The translations under genes and the position numbers were made by a program. Shown here one piece after another: positions 36,965 through 49,500 of a stretch of 64,000 nt of DNA. Below the pieces are notes generated by a model. It did no database searches and was not told where the DNA came from. It was given only the letters and a program-made list of their open reading frames with translations. Position 1 is the first letter of the stretch, and each line of letters starts with the position of its first letter. The DNA is from Bugula neritina (Eukaryota > Animalia > Bryozoa), in contig OZ037769.1 in assembly GCA_964035545.1 (NCBI GenBank), positions 14,228,633 through 14,292,632 on the forward strand. The letters run 5' to 3'.

Positions 36965-38061
36965 CTAAAAATAAATAAAATCTATGAAGCATACCGATTA
37001 TTCAAATTTTTACATAAAGAAAATTATCATGCTAAACACAACGTAAAACGAAATGCAAACATAGTAGTGGATTTGGTGTTATCTATTAATTAATTAAATT
37101 GCTCTTTTTCTAAAGGATTAAACTATAAAAGCTAGATGTTTGATGGAAAGGCTAATTTATAATAGGTAGTACTATGGTTGAGAGTTGTTAGTATTGTTAT
37201 GTGATGTTGCCCAGGTAGTGTTTACGCGCATGTCTGCATGTGGATAGAATTTCATTTCTGTTATTAAGGGAAGATTTGCTGGGCTGGTATATTATGAAAT
37301 ATTTTTCCCATAGGCAGAGGTTGCATCTTTTAGTGACTTTGTTGTATGAGTTGGTCTTTTTCATAATTTTCCATGTTATGTCAAAATGGGTGTTCTTGTC
37401 TTTTAGTTTCCAGATATATTTGCTCAATTCAGTATGGTTCTTTTTTGTTTTGTTGTTAAAAGTTGATTTGTGGTTATAAAATCTGGTTTTGAATTCTGTT
37501 TCTGATGTTCCCACGTAAGTCTGGGGTTGGCTGCCATCTTTGGTTGTAACTGTAGCTTGGTATATGATGCACTTTGTGAGGCATTTTCCATCTAGTGGGC
37601 ACACTGTGCTGTTTCTGCAGTTACATTCTCGAGGAGGTTGGTTTGCTGGGTTGAGTAATCTTTTATTGTGGCTGTTGATTATGTTGTTTAAATTTCTGCA
37701 GCAGCTGTAACTGAGTTTTATGTTGTTTTTGTTGAAAATTTTGTAGAGTTTGTGGTTTTTGGGTATTTCTTCCTCCAGAATTTTAAAAAATTGTTTTCCC
37801 AGGTTGCTTGATACACTTTTGGAGAATGGGGGGTTATACCATGTGATGTTTCGTCGTCTTTCCCTTTTTGGTCTGCTAGTGGTGTGTGTTGGCTGGAATG
37901 TTAGGTTATGTGTGTATCCACTTTTACTTAGAGCTTCTTGGTGTATTTTTGTTGTTTGACTGAAGACTTCTTCGTTAGATGAGAGATTGGAGAGCCTGTT
38001 GTTTATGGCTTGTGGGATGTTTCTTGTGATATGGGGTGGATGGTTGGATTTGGAGTTTACA

Positions 38062-39642
38062 ACTGAGGCATACATAACACTAAAGGACCACAAGCCTAAT
38101 TTTATGAATAACCCTAAGTGCAGACTAATAAACCCAAGCAAAACTGAAATAGGCATCATCAGCAAAAGAATACTAGACAGAATAAATAAGGCCATAACTC
38201 CAAAACTAGCTTTGAATATTTGGACAAATACTTCCGAGGTAATTAAATGGTTCACAAACTTAGATAACAACAAATGCTTATCTTTTATTGTATTTGACAT
38301 TGTCGACTTTTATCCATCAATAACTAATAATTTACTCCACACTGCAATTGATTTCGCAGCAGAGCATACTACCATAACAGACACAGACCGCACCGTGATT
38401 TTCCATGCCAGAAAAATGTTGTTATACCATTCCGGCCAACCCTGGAGTAAAAAATGTAGCTCATTATTTGACATTACAATGGGCAGCTATGACGGTGCAG
38501 AATGTTGCACTCTGGTCGGCATATTCTTACTATATAAAATCAACCAAAAGTTTGGAAATACCTTCGGTCTATACCGTGATGACGGCCTAGGAGTAATCAA
38601 CGACACTGCAAAAAATATAGATAGAATTAAAAAATCAATCTGCAAAATTTTCCAAAAACATAATCTAAATATCACCATTGAAGTAAACAAAAAAGTCATC
38701 AACTATCTAGATATAAATTTTGACATTAGCAAAAGAACACACAAACCCCATGTAAAACCTAACAGCGAAATCCTATATGTAAACTCCAAATCCAACCATC
38801 CACCCCATATCACAAGAAACATCCCACAAGCCATAAACAACAGGCTCTCCAATCTCTCATCTAACGAAGAAGTCTTCAGTCAAACAACAAAAATACACCA
38901 AGAAGCTCTAAGTAAAAGTGGATACACACATAACCTAACATTCCAGCCAACACACACCACTAGCAGACCAAAAAGGGAAAGACGACGAAACATCACATGG
39001 TATAACCCCCCATTCTCCAAAAGTGTATCAAGCAACCTGGGAAAACAATTTTTTAAAATTCTGGAGGAAGAAATACCCAAAAACCACAAACTCTACAAAA
39101 TTTTCAACAAAAACAACATAAAACTCAGTTACAGCTGCTGCAGAAATTTAAACAACATAATCAACAGCCACAATAAAAGATTACTCAACCCAGCAAACCA
39201 ACCTCCTCGAGAATGTAACTGCAGAAACAGCACAGTGTGCCCACTAGATGGAAAATGCCTCACAAAGTGCATCATATACCAAGCTACAGTTACAACCAAA
39301 GATGGCAGCCAACCCCAGACTTACGTGGGAACATCAGAAACAGAATTCAAAACCAGATTTTATAACCACAAATCAACTTTTAACAACAAAACAAAAAAGA
39401 ACCATACTGAATTGAGCAAATATATCTGGAAACTAAAAGACAAGAACACCCATTTTGACATAACATGGAAAATTATGAAAAAGACCAACTCATACAACAA
39501 AGTCACTAAAAGATGCAACCTCTGCCTATGGGAAAAATATTTCATAATATACCAGCCCAGCAAATCTTCCCTTAATAACAGAAATGAAATTCTATCCACA
39601 TGCAGACATGCGCGTAAACACTACCTGGGCAACATCACATAA
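38062..39642 (+). CDS. PLE reverse transcriptase plus GIY-YIG endonuclease (N-terminally truncated, otherwise open)
   Basis: RT motifs FDIVDFYPSI, MGSYDGAE, YRDD; linker CNCRNSTVCPLDGKC; IIYQ...TYVG...RFYNH GIY-YIG; C-terminal CNLC...CRH. Confidence 0.93.
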   Translation, partial: TEAYITLKDHKPNFMNNPKCRLINPSKTEIGIISKRILDRINKAITPKLALNIWTNTSEVIKWFTNLDNNKCLSFIVFDIVDFYPSITNNLLHTAIDFAAEHTTITDTDRTVIFHARKMLLYHSGQPWSKKCSSLFDITMGSYDGAECCTLVGIFLLYKINQKFGNTFGLYRDDGLGVINDTAKNIDRIKKSICKIFQKHNLNITIEVNKKVINYLDINFDISKRTHKPHVKPNSEILYVNSKSNHPPHITRNIPQAINNRLSNLSSNEEVFSQTTKIHQEALSKSGYTHNLTFQPTHTTSRPKRERRRNITWYNPPFSKSVSSNLGKQFFKILEEEIPKNHKLYKIFNKNNIKLSYSCCRNLNNIINSHNKRLLNPANQPPRECNCRNSTVCPLDGKCLTKCIIYQATVTTKDGSQPQTYVGTSETEFKTRFYNHKSTFNNKTKKNHTELSKYIWKLKDKNTHFDITWKIMKKTNSYNKVTKRCNLCLWEKYFIIYQPSKSSLNNRNEILSTCRHARKHYLGNIT

Positions 39643-39874
39643 CAATACTAACAACTCTCAACCATAGTACTACCTATTATAAATTAGCCTTTCCATCAAA
39701 CATCTAGCTTTTATAGTTTAATCCTTTAGAAAAAGAGCAATTTAATTAATTAATAGATAACACCAAATCCACTACTATGTTTGCATTTCGTTTTACGTTG
39801 TGTTTAGCATGATAATTTTCTTTATGTAAAAATTTGAATAATCGGTATGCTTCATAGATTTTATTTATTTTTAG

Positions 39875-39927
39875 TCTAACACCTGAGGAGTGCAGTTTAC
39901 TGCACGAAACTATATAGTCGTGTAAGA
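39875..39927 (+). ncRNA. Type I hammerhead ribozyme in the PLE 3' pLTR
   Basis: Stem I UCUAACAC/GUGUAAGA; CUGAGGA; stem II GUGCAG-UUUA-CUGCAC; GAAAC-UAUAUA-GUC with palindromic stem III; predicted cleavage after 39919. Confidence 0.9.
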
Positions 39928-39975
39928 TTTTTTAAATAAAATATATATGTATCATTAACAATCTGAACACACTAC

Positions 39976-40054
<79 letters not shown>

Positions 40055-40062
40055 TACCTCAA

Positions 40063-40109
40063 TCTGTGGACAGCAGCTGTTTCGGGGTTTGTCCCCTCAT
40101 CAGCACAGA
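40063..40109 (-). ncRNA. Type I hammerhead ribozyme (retrozyme unit 1)
   Basis: UCUGUG-CUGAUGA-GGGG-ACAAA-CCCC-GAAAC-AGCUGCU-GUC-CACAGA; predicted cleavage between 40069 and 40068. Confidence 0.92.
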
Positions 40110-40334
40110 ACAGAGTACCATGGCCCATACCTTCGCAATAGTAGAAACTTATGTTTCTACTAAAGCATATTTAAAAGGTGTGTAAACTCAAGCCAGAGAG
40201 CTCAAGTGACTCTAGGGGTCACCTAGAAGTCACGAGCCTTGCAAAATGCTAGCAGCTTGAGTTTGTGACCATGGTGAGAGAGCTCAATCACTGAATGTCA
40301 TTGCTGAGCATTAAGTGAGAGCATAATACCTCAA

Positions 40335-40381
40335 TCTGTGGACAGCAGCTGTTTCGGGGTTTGTCCCCTCATCAGCACAGA
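40335..40381 (-). ncRNA. Type I hammerhead ribozyme (retrozyme unit 2)
   Basis: Identical to 40063-40109, offset by 272 bp. Confidence 0.92.
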
Positions 40382-40631
40382 ACAGAGTACCATGGCCCAC
40401 ACCTTCGCAATAGTAGAAACTTATGTTTCTACTAAAGCATATTTAAAAGGTGTGTAAACTCAAGCCAGAGAGCTCAAGTGACTCTAGGGGTCACCTAGAA
40501 GTCACGAGCCTTGCAAAATGCTAGCAGCTTGAGTTTGTGACCATGGTGAGAGAGCTCAATCACTGAATGTCATTGCTGAGCATTAAGTGAGAGCATAATA
40601 CCTCAATCTGTGGACAGCAGCTGTTTCGGGG

Positions 40632-40701
<70 letters not shown>

Positions 40702-41038
40702 CTGCTTTTTAAGATTTGTGACATATTATGACATAATTTTCAGTTGCCTGGCATTATACTGAAAAACTACATAAAAATAATAAATATCTGAGTAATTACA
40801 TATATAATATCATATATTTAGATATTTTTCATATATATGTATTGTATTATGTTATTATAAGCATCAGCTTATTTGCATAAAAGAAAAAAATACTATATAT
40901 GAATGTCTATATGTCGTTGGCAAACACTGAGTGATTTTTTTAGCGGTTTTTGGCTTGCAGAAGGTGACAAAAGGTAGGCCTAACTCACAGGAACCACTGA
41001 AGCTGGCATAAAAGAGTACCCAGACAGGCTGAGACTAA

Positions 41039-41421
41039 AGGCCTGGCCACACAATCGTGAGAATCACATGAAACTCGTGTGACGATTTTTCGTGAGTTAT
41101 CTTTTCGTATTGACCAGCCACACGCTCGTTAGACGAAACACAGAATAAATAGTCAGTGAATGAGTCTTGCACAAGGTACAAATAGCAGAAAATTGTCAAA
41201 TAGAGAAACATATGGTAGAAATAAAATAGTTACTGTTGCTAAAATTCTATTGACCAATCAAAGGGTACTTATCGTCGAATGTGAATTTTTGTCCATCGTC
41301 ATTGTTGTGTACACCCAACAATGACGATTTTGTTTGAATTCCCTTAAATTTTCTCGTAGGAATAATTTTTCGTGCCAAATAGACGATTTCGTGTGATTCT
41401 CACGATCGGGTGGCCAGAGGT
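41039..41421. mobile_element. Harbinger/Tourist-type MITE
   Basis: ~40-bp imperfect TIRs (CTGGCCACACAATCGTGAGAATCAC / GTGATTCTCACGATCGGGTGGCCAG); TAA on both flanks. Confidence 0.78.
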
Positions 41422-42377
41422 TAAAAGCAACCTGGGGGTAGAGGCAATGTGGTCAGAGGCCCATCTTTATAGGAGCCAGTCAGCTGGTTGGGGTTTGAAG
41501 TTTGAAGTAGAAACCAGATACAGGGATGTTAGTTTATAGATAAGCTACTACTTTTTATGGGTCAGTAAATCTAAACTAAGTAGGGAACAAACTTACGACA
41601 AAAAACTATCTATAAAGTTAAATTTTGTATAATATTATGTAAGTGTTGACGCGTAGAAAAGCTATCCGTGCTGCAAGTATAGCTTCAAGAGCAGTCTATG
41701 CAAGTTAAACATTTTTAAAAATATAATTTGAATAATTGGCAGTTTTAACAGCATAATTAATTAGAGCTAAATTGTTGCAAAGTTATTTGGCTGCCACATT
41801 TGTTCAATTGAAAAAAATGAATTAATTCAAAATTTAAATTCACCTGCTAGTGAATTCTTTGGCACATATAATGCACTGATCAGTGCTTTTACTACAGGAG
41901 AAATTGAATTCTCTCTTTTATTTTTTAAAAACTAATATTTTGCAAGTCATGCAATTACCAAATTACATACAGTTCAATCTTGTACTTATAGAGCTTTCAT
42001 GAAAGCAAACTTGGTGAGGGGATAACTTCAAATAATCAACTATGTAATTAATTAGTGAGAAGTTGCGTGTCACAGTATCATTTTATTTCCTTTTATTTTA
42101 TTTCAATTATATTAAACGAGCATTCAGGGTGTATTATTTTTACTTATATAAGCAGAATTTTGAGTTGACAATATTTTGTGGAGGGGGAAGGGGGGAGGGG
42201 GGGTGTATTTTTAGCACTAATAGCACTTAGCTTATATGGCTTCTGATAATGTAATAATAATTTTATTACTGAACTAAACAGGAAAATATCTTGCTTGTTT
42301 AATACTACCAGGAACTTGTTAAGATAAGTTTACAGAATCCTGCATGTGCTTTATAATTGCTACCTTAAAGAAATGAG

Positions 42378-45300
42378 TTTTTCACTATATTCATAAAATC
42401 ACCAATACCAGTATCTCAATTTAGCTTTAAGTTAAATTTTTTAATCCACTTGTTCTAAAGTTGAGATTAATTTAATAAAGAGTTTCACCAAAATAATAAT
42501 TTAATACAGTGTTGTTACTTATAAATTTAAGAGTTTTTCCAGCCACACAGTAATAATGCGACTATAGATTTGCAGAGTTATAAATTTCTGTAAGCCAACA
42601 GTTGTTATCTATTCAACAGACAACATATTTAAAAAAAAGTTTACTTCGGTTGAAAAAAAATGCCTGATTGAGCCAAGGGTGAGCTGGGGCACACCCAGGG
42701 TTTTTTAGCTTTACAGCTTATTCAGAATTTTCAGAATATTGAATTAACCCTTCAGCTATGCAGGCACTGAGTAAATAAACAGCTTAAACACTTATTTATA
42801 CCTTAGTTAATGTTTATAGTAAAGATAATGTATAGATTTATTGAGACAAGCTTTTTGATTGGCTTGTGTCATATTTAGACTCCATTTAGACTGCAGTTTA
42901 CATTGTTGTAAATATAGTTTAATTATGGTCCGTGTGTATTTTTAGTGCACATTATGCAATAATATAATAATTAATACATTTTTGCTATAATTTATAAAAA
43001 AGGTCAACTAGAAAACCATTTGGGTTTGTCCCAGCTTACTCTTTTAGCAATCAAGCAGGCATTTTGTCCAAAAAAAGTGAATTATATTTTGCAAATATTA
43101 TATTTTTTGAAAGTATGAAAATTTTGGCTTACAGAAATATATTTACTACAAATCTATGAGTTAGCACTAACCTGGCTATGCTATAGAAAATTTGAGATTT
43201 CACAGAACAAAAACACTAAATTCAAGTTTTAGCATTATATATATATGTAATATATAACTATGCTGTCAAAAAATGTTTGATGCTGCCAGAAAATTGTCAC
43301 AATCTTATCAAAATAATTTTTATAATTTTTTTCAAATTGATAACATGCGAAAAATCTGTCAGAGCTAGCTCCTAGTTAGATGGAAAAAAATCTAACATTA
43401 TACCTAATCAAACAATTTTAAATTTTAGCATGAAATACATATTTAAAGAAATATAGTGGACCACATTCTACTCAATAAATATTTTGGTGAGTTTTTATCC
43501 AGTGCATCAGAAAATTTAGACCAAAAGATCAAAGATGGTTCAAAATTTAGGAAAGCTTACAAATTTATTGTGCATATAAATTATATGTATATATATACAT
43601 TTTACATATATTATACAAGTATATAATATATATGTATATAATACATATGTATTATACATATATATTATATTATACATATAATATACATATATTATACATA
43701 ACTACACACATGTTATGTTATACATATATACTATACATGCATATATATTATACATATAGTATATGCGTACATACATGCATTTTATATTATGCATATATTA
43801 TACGTACATACATTATATATATTATATTATACATATATTATACACATAATATACTATACATATATATTATACATATATTAAACGTACATACATGCAATTG
43901 TAGAAAACAAAGCCAGAAATTTTACAATTAAACCAAAGTCATCCTCATATTAACTAGTTCGATTATCAATAAAATTGGTAAGACTTCCATGTTTTCAACT
44001 ATAATAAGTAAATTAGGGATCAACATTTCTTGTATAGCTCAAATTCATTGCATTTCAGCATCAAACAGTTTTTTAGTCCCTCTGTAAACTGCAACATTTT
44101 TTTTACTATTCATAAAATTACCAATACTGTAGTATCTCAATTTAGCTTTAAGTTAAATTTTCTAATCTACTTTTTCTAAAGTTGAGAGTTTTTTCAGCCA
44201 CACAGTAATAATGCGACTATAGATTTGCAGGAATTATAAATTTTTGTAAGCCAACAGTTGTTATCTTATATTCAACAGACACTATATTTAAAAAAAAGTT
44301 TACTTCTGTTGAAAAAAATGCCTGATTGCACCAAGGGTGAGCTGGGACCAACCCAGATATTTTTATTGAATTTTTCTGAAGGTTGAATTAACCCTTCAGC
44401 TATGCAGGCACTGAGTAATGAACAGCTTAAATACTTATTTATACCTTAGTTTATGTTTATAGTACAGATTATGTATAGATTTATTGAGACAAGCTTTTTG
44501 GTTGGCTTGTGTCAAATTCAGACTGCATTTAGAGTGTAATTTACATTGTTGTAAATATAGTATATGGTCCATGTGTAGTTTTAGTGCTAATTATGAAATA
44601 ATATAATAATTAATAGATTTTTGTTGTAATTTATAAGAAAGCTAACTCCAAATAAATATGCTGTCAAAAAATGTTTAATGCTGCCAGAAAATTGTCAAAT
44701 CTTATCAAAAGAATTTTTATAAATTTTTTTCAAATTGATGACGTGTACAAAGTCTGTCAGAACTAGCTCCTGGCTAAATAGAAAAATTCTAAAATTATAC
44801 CTGACCAAACAATTTTAAGTTTTAGAATGAAATACGTATTTGGAGAAATATAGCGGAGCACATTCTACTGAATAAATATTTTGCTATGCTTTTATCCCGT
44901 GCTTCAGCACATTTAGACCAAAAAATTAAAGATGGTTCAAAGTTTAGGAAAATTTACAAATTTATTTTGCATATAAATTATACATTATACATACATGTTA
45001 CATATATTGTACATATATATAATCATATCATATACATATATTATACATATACATACATGCATATTATATTATACATATATACTATACATAATATATTATA
45101 CATGAATCTATTATACACATATCATACATACATATAATCATATAATATACATATATATTATACATATGTTATATGTGTATACATACATAATATATGATAC
45201 ATATATGATACATACATACGTACATGTTATATTATACATTTATATTATATACATATATTATGCATATATTATACATATATTATACATATATTATCTGTAC

Positions 45301-45577
45301 ATACGTACATAATATATTATACATATATACTATGCATAAATATTATACATATGCTATACATACATACACGCATTTGTAGAAAACAAAGTCAGAAACTTTT
45401 TTTACAATTAAACCAAAGTCATTGTCATATTAACTAGTCCGGTTATCAAGAAAGTTGGTAAAACTTCCATTTTTTCAACTATAGTAAGTAAATTAAAGAT
45501 CAACATTTCTTGTTGCACAAAATCATTGCATTTTAACACCAAGCATATTTTTGGTTGTTCTGTAAATTGTTAATTTT
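42378..45577. repeat. Diverged tandem segmental duplication (units ~42378-44097 and ~44100-45577)
   Basis: Colinear shared blocks (CAGCCACACAGTAATAATGCGAC, CCCTTCAGCTATGCAGGCACTGAG, a TACA-rich tract); unit 2 lacks about 250 bp. Confidence 0.85.
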
Positions 45578-46566
45578 TAATTGAGGAAGTGACTCCTAAT
45601 TTCAATCAATCTGTGGGTTTCTTTTATAGATATCAGTTATTTGTATTGCTTTCTGTAACTCTGTGGTGTGGTAACAGTCAGATGTGCAAATCCTAAGATG
45701 TTATAGTCTCTTAATATAAAAGTAGCTTTCTTTCAACAGTTTTGACTCTATAAGACCTTAAAACACTGTAAAATGCTTTATTTAAAGTTTATTAATTAGG
45801 AGTATAAATAAAGTATTCAGAAATGTTTCAAGAGCTTTTTTTTATTTTTTCTTTAAAATGAATAGACCATAGTTGGTATAAATTTCAAACAGTTTCTGTT
45901 TCTATAGGATTCAAATTGGTGTTTTTTTCACCATTCAGGACATACTTTGAATTTACCTTATTTTAGGTGAACGGTGTGATACACAATGGCCTCACACATG
46001 ACCATCATGTTGGATTCAAAGAATGATAAACTGCATGTATAATCAATTAGTTATAGTAATATTCCATTGCAACATGGCTACTATACATATTGACAATTTT
46101 ATACGTTGAAAATGAAAGGCAAGGATGTTCAAAATACATGCAATATTGTAATAGTAAACTTTATAGTTTATTTCTGATAAACCCTCAAAATTTACTCAAA
46201 TAAAAATTAGTATGTAAACACCTATAGTCAACATAATATAGTAATTAATAAGCAACAAAATAGATTAATATACAGCTAGCAAAGCATGCATGAACAATTA
46301 TTCCAAGATAACTTTGTAATAATCAGCTGTGAATTTAAGAATTTGAAACTGCATTCAAATTATTAGTATATTAAATTTAAAAATCACTTTTTCACAAAAC
46401 TAATAGTATTCTCGTTTAGAAGGATATAAATCACAGTTGCTTCTCTTGGTAACAATTAAGTTTTAGGCCTGCTACAATTTGTAGAGTGCACCAGCTAGGA
46501 TTATAAAAACACAGGAAGTTTTAGGAAAGAGTTTGAACCAAGACTGGTGTTTTTCAGTGAAGCATT

Positions 46567-49500
46567 TTACATGACAATGCATGATCTTCCTTTTGGTTTT
46601 TCTTTTTGTTCCACTACCACTTTTTTTTGGGTAGATTCAGCTTTTTTCAGCTTTTCTTGCATCTGGCTCAATTCGCTTTCAAAATTTTTTTTCTGCTTTT
46701 CCATTGTGTTATTCAGATTTCGAATGGTAATATTCAAATCATTAAGCTTTTCTTCATTCATTTTTTCAGCATTACTACGAGCTTCTTGTTCTGCGCGAAC
46801 ACTCTCTCTGTATCTTTCACTTTCTCGTTCAAAATAAGCTCGATCTTCTTCTCGAGCTGTTTTCATCTGCTCTGTAATCTTATCCAGCATTTCTTGACTT
46901 GCCTTCTCTCGTTTCTCAGAATTTTTCTTGACCTCCTCTAATCTCTCTTTTGTCATTTCTGCTTCATTCTTGAGCTGACCAAACTTCTCAGCATTAGCTT
47001 TAGCTTCTTCTTGTAGTTTTAATTTAACTGCTTCATTTGCTTTCCTCAAGTCATCAACTTCCTTGGCATGCTCATAATTGATGATCAGGTTATTCTCTCG
47101 CTCTGTGCGTTCTCTTGTAAACAGTTCCATGTACTTGCTAAAAGGTATAGTGCTTTCAAATAATTGTTTTGCAGAAGATATTTACCAGCATTTCATTTAT
47201 AAAAGAGTTACTAGTCAATGTGTCATAGTTATGCATGTGGATACGTCTTTCCTATAACTTATATACGTCTTTCCTATAACTTATATACGTCTTTTCTATA
47301 ACTTATACACGTCTTTCCTATAACTTATATACGTCTTTTCTATAACTTATATACGTCTTTTCTATAACTTATATATGTCTTTCCTACAACTTATATATGT
47401 CTTTCCTATAACTTATATATGTCTTTCCTATAACTTATATACGTCTTTTCTATAACTTATATATGTCTTTCCTACAACTTATATATGTCTTTCCTATAAC
47501 TTATATATGTCTTTTTTATAACTTATATACGTCTTTCCTATAACTTATATATGTCTTTCCTATAACTTATATATGTCTTTCCTATAACTTATATATGTCT
47601 TTCCTATAACATACATTTTTCTTCATGACAGTTTCATACTCAAGTTAAAATTGTGGTTGATATATGTTAATGCTATCCCTTTGAGAAAACCCCTGATGGA
47701 AGGGGTTTTTGTTAAAATTTAAATTAGGCACAGGAGCAATTATGACTGGATGCTTTTCCTAACATCACCAATGGCCTTTGTCTGGGATGACCCCATGACC
47801 TTCGTGCTTAATACTAGGCAAACGCTCTAACCCCTAGACCACGGCTGCTCCCTACACACCGACTGCTATTTAGTTGTCAAGTCATTAATTGTATAGCAGC
47901 ATGTCCTCACCCAGTGGCTGTGGCTTTACACTTTGGCAGCTCGGATGTTTGAGTGCAAACGTTTAACCTACAGCTGGTAGAATATTAGCGCGCTAGCATG
48001 CAAGTTCCATCGCATAAATAACAATCAATTTTGTTGATATAATTAATAAAATATAAATGAATTTGAATTGGAATTAACTTAAAGAGGCACATGTTAGTTT
48101 TTTCAGTATTTGTAACAGTTTGAAGCTTTTCTCAAGTATTTTTATCTATTTCAACTTAATAATTATAATAAATATTTGGTTTATTTAACATGTTTAGGAG
48201 TTTAACAAGTTTGGAATGCCAGTGTGGTCGGCGCATGATCAAATTCATGGTTATGTGTTTACTTTATAATATATTTCTTATAAAATTACAAATTCTTAAG
48301 GCAGGCTCTTCAGTTATTGATCAGTTTGTCACAGGGTAATACCGTAATAGGTAGCTTAAAGTTTTACTTTTACCCATAATATGCAGTATTTTACTGCAAC
48401 TACTAATTCAAGTCAACTTTGAATACAAGTTTAATCTTTGTTTATGTGATACATGCACTATTACTTGTCTTAACTGATATAATTAATTAAACTTGTCTAT
48501 GGCAGTTATCATTTAATTTCATTCTTATTATAAACTTTAATATAATTTAGTAGACCTACAATGTCATTTCCTAGAGTCAAACTCACCCTAGCTAGCCACT
48601 AAAAGAAGACAAGAGGTGATTAATCCAAAATCTGTATAATATATGTTTGAATACTTTACGTCATGAATAATTGTTTGTTGGTTTTATTTTAAAAACCTAT
48701 TAGGTTATAATTGCATATATTAACATATTTTGGCAGTTGGAATAAGTATAAATAAAGTTACGAACACCAACACCAGTACAACTCATCTATAGTTAGTGGC
48801 GACGCTACAGTAAAAAACTAAACCTAAAGAATTTTATAGAAGCCTGTCCTGAGGAATCTTAGCAAACCACCAGGAAGTTTCAGCAATTGACTCCTTAGAG
48901 AGGCAGCTGAGTACACCTGCTCCATATATCATACAGTATTAGCTGATAAGGCTAGTTTACTGTAAAGTCCAAGTGACAGTTTTAAATAAGGAATCTAATT
49001 AAAAGGTCATTTTAATTGTTTTGGCCTAGCTTTTATGAAAGAAAAATTTACTATCTTGAGCTATTATTAAAATACTTATTGATGAGCTAATTTAAACTAT
49101 ATTTGAGTTGAGTCACTCCGAATATTGTTTTTGATGAATTAGTGTGCTACTTTTTTCGACCTATTGTAAGTGGGAGACTGACCAATTAACAGAGAGCTTG
49201 CAAGTTTACCATAACTAAACAAACTCATAGGTAAACAGTACTTGCAGCGCATTGTAGCTCTGCGATTCACATAGCCTTGAATTTGCCTTGTGCATTGATC
49301 ATACTGTGCGCCTGCGCTATTTTTCTTTATGTTTTGGTCACCTTTTTGGTTGCTGCCTCACTAGGTACTTATTCAGTGTTTTCTACTGTTTACAGTAAGT
49401 TTGTATCTCTGTCATACTGAATGTATTATCATAAGCATACCACATAAATGCATCATACATGCACTGGCGGGATTATATTTTCTAAAAACTGAAAGTTTGG

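Larger units (their letters stand above)
36857..39982 (+). mobile_element. Penelope-like retroelement (Naiad-type), 5'-truncated, with an inverted 1205-bp copy of its 3' part, in (TA)n
   Basis: Arms 36857-38061 and 38778-39982 are reverse complements around a 716-bp RT spacer; flanked by TA tracts; a hammerhead in each arm. Confidence 0.93.
40054..40633 (-). mobile_element. Non-LTR retrozyme array: 2.13 tandem copies of a 272-bp non-coding unit carrying a hammerhead, inserted in (TA)n
   Basis: TACCTC recurs at 40055, 40327 and 40599; one substitution seen between units (40128/40400); no ORF; minus-strand hammerhead in each unit. Confidence 0.88.

Noticed and set aside
37197-38300. 367-aa minus-strand ORF as a membrane-anchored GIY-YIG protein
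   Set aside because: The hydrophobic N-terminus is antisense RT sequence read across the inversion junction; the first 25 aa of ORF 37987-39642 are a similar artefact.
38062-39642. Selenocysteine recoding in the Naiad ORF
   Set aside because: No in-frame TGA in the visible ORF.
47241-47610. CRISPR-like repeat array
   Set aside because: Head-to-tail 22-bp units with no spacers, no cas genes, eukaryotic intron.
47690-47710. CTGATGGA as a hammerhead core
   Set aside because: It is the loop of the SINE 3' hairpin; no stem II/GAAA/UH arrangement, and it is not conserved at 60120.
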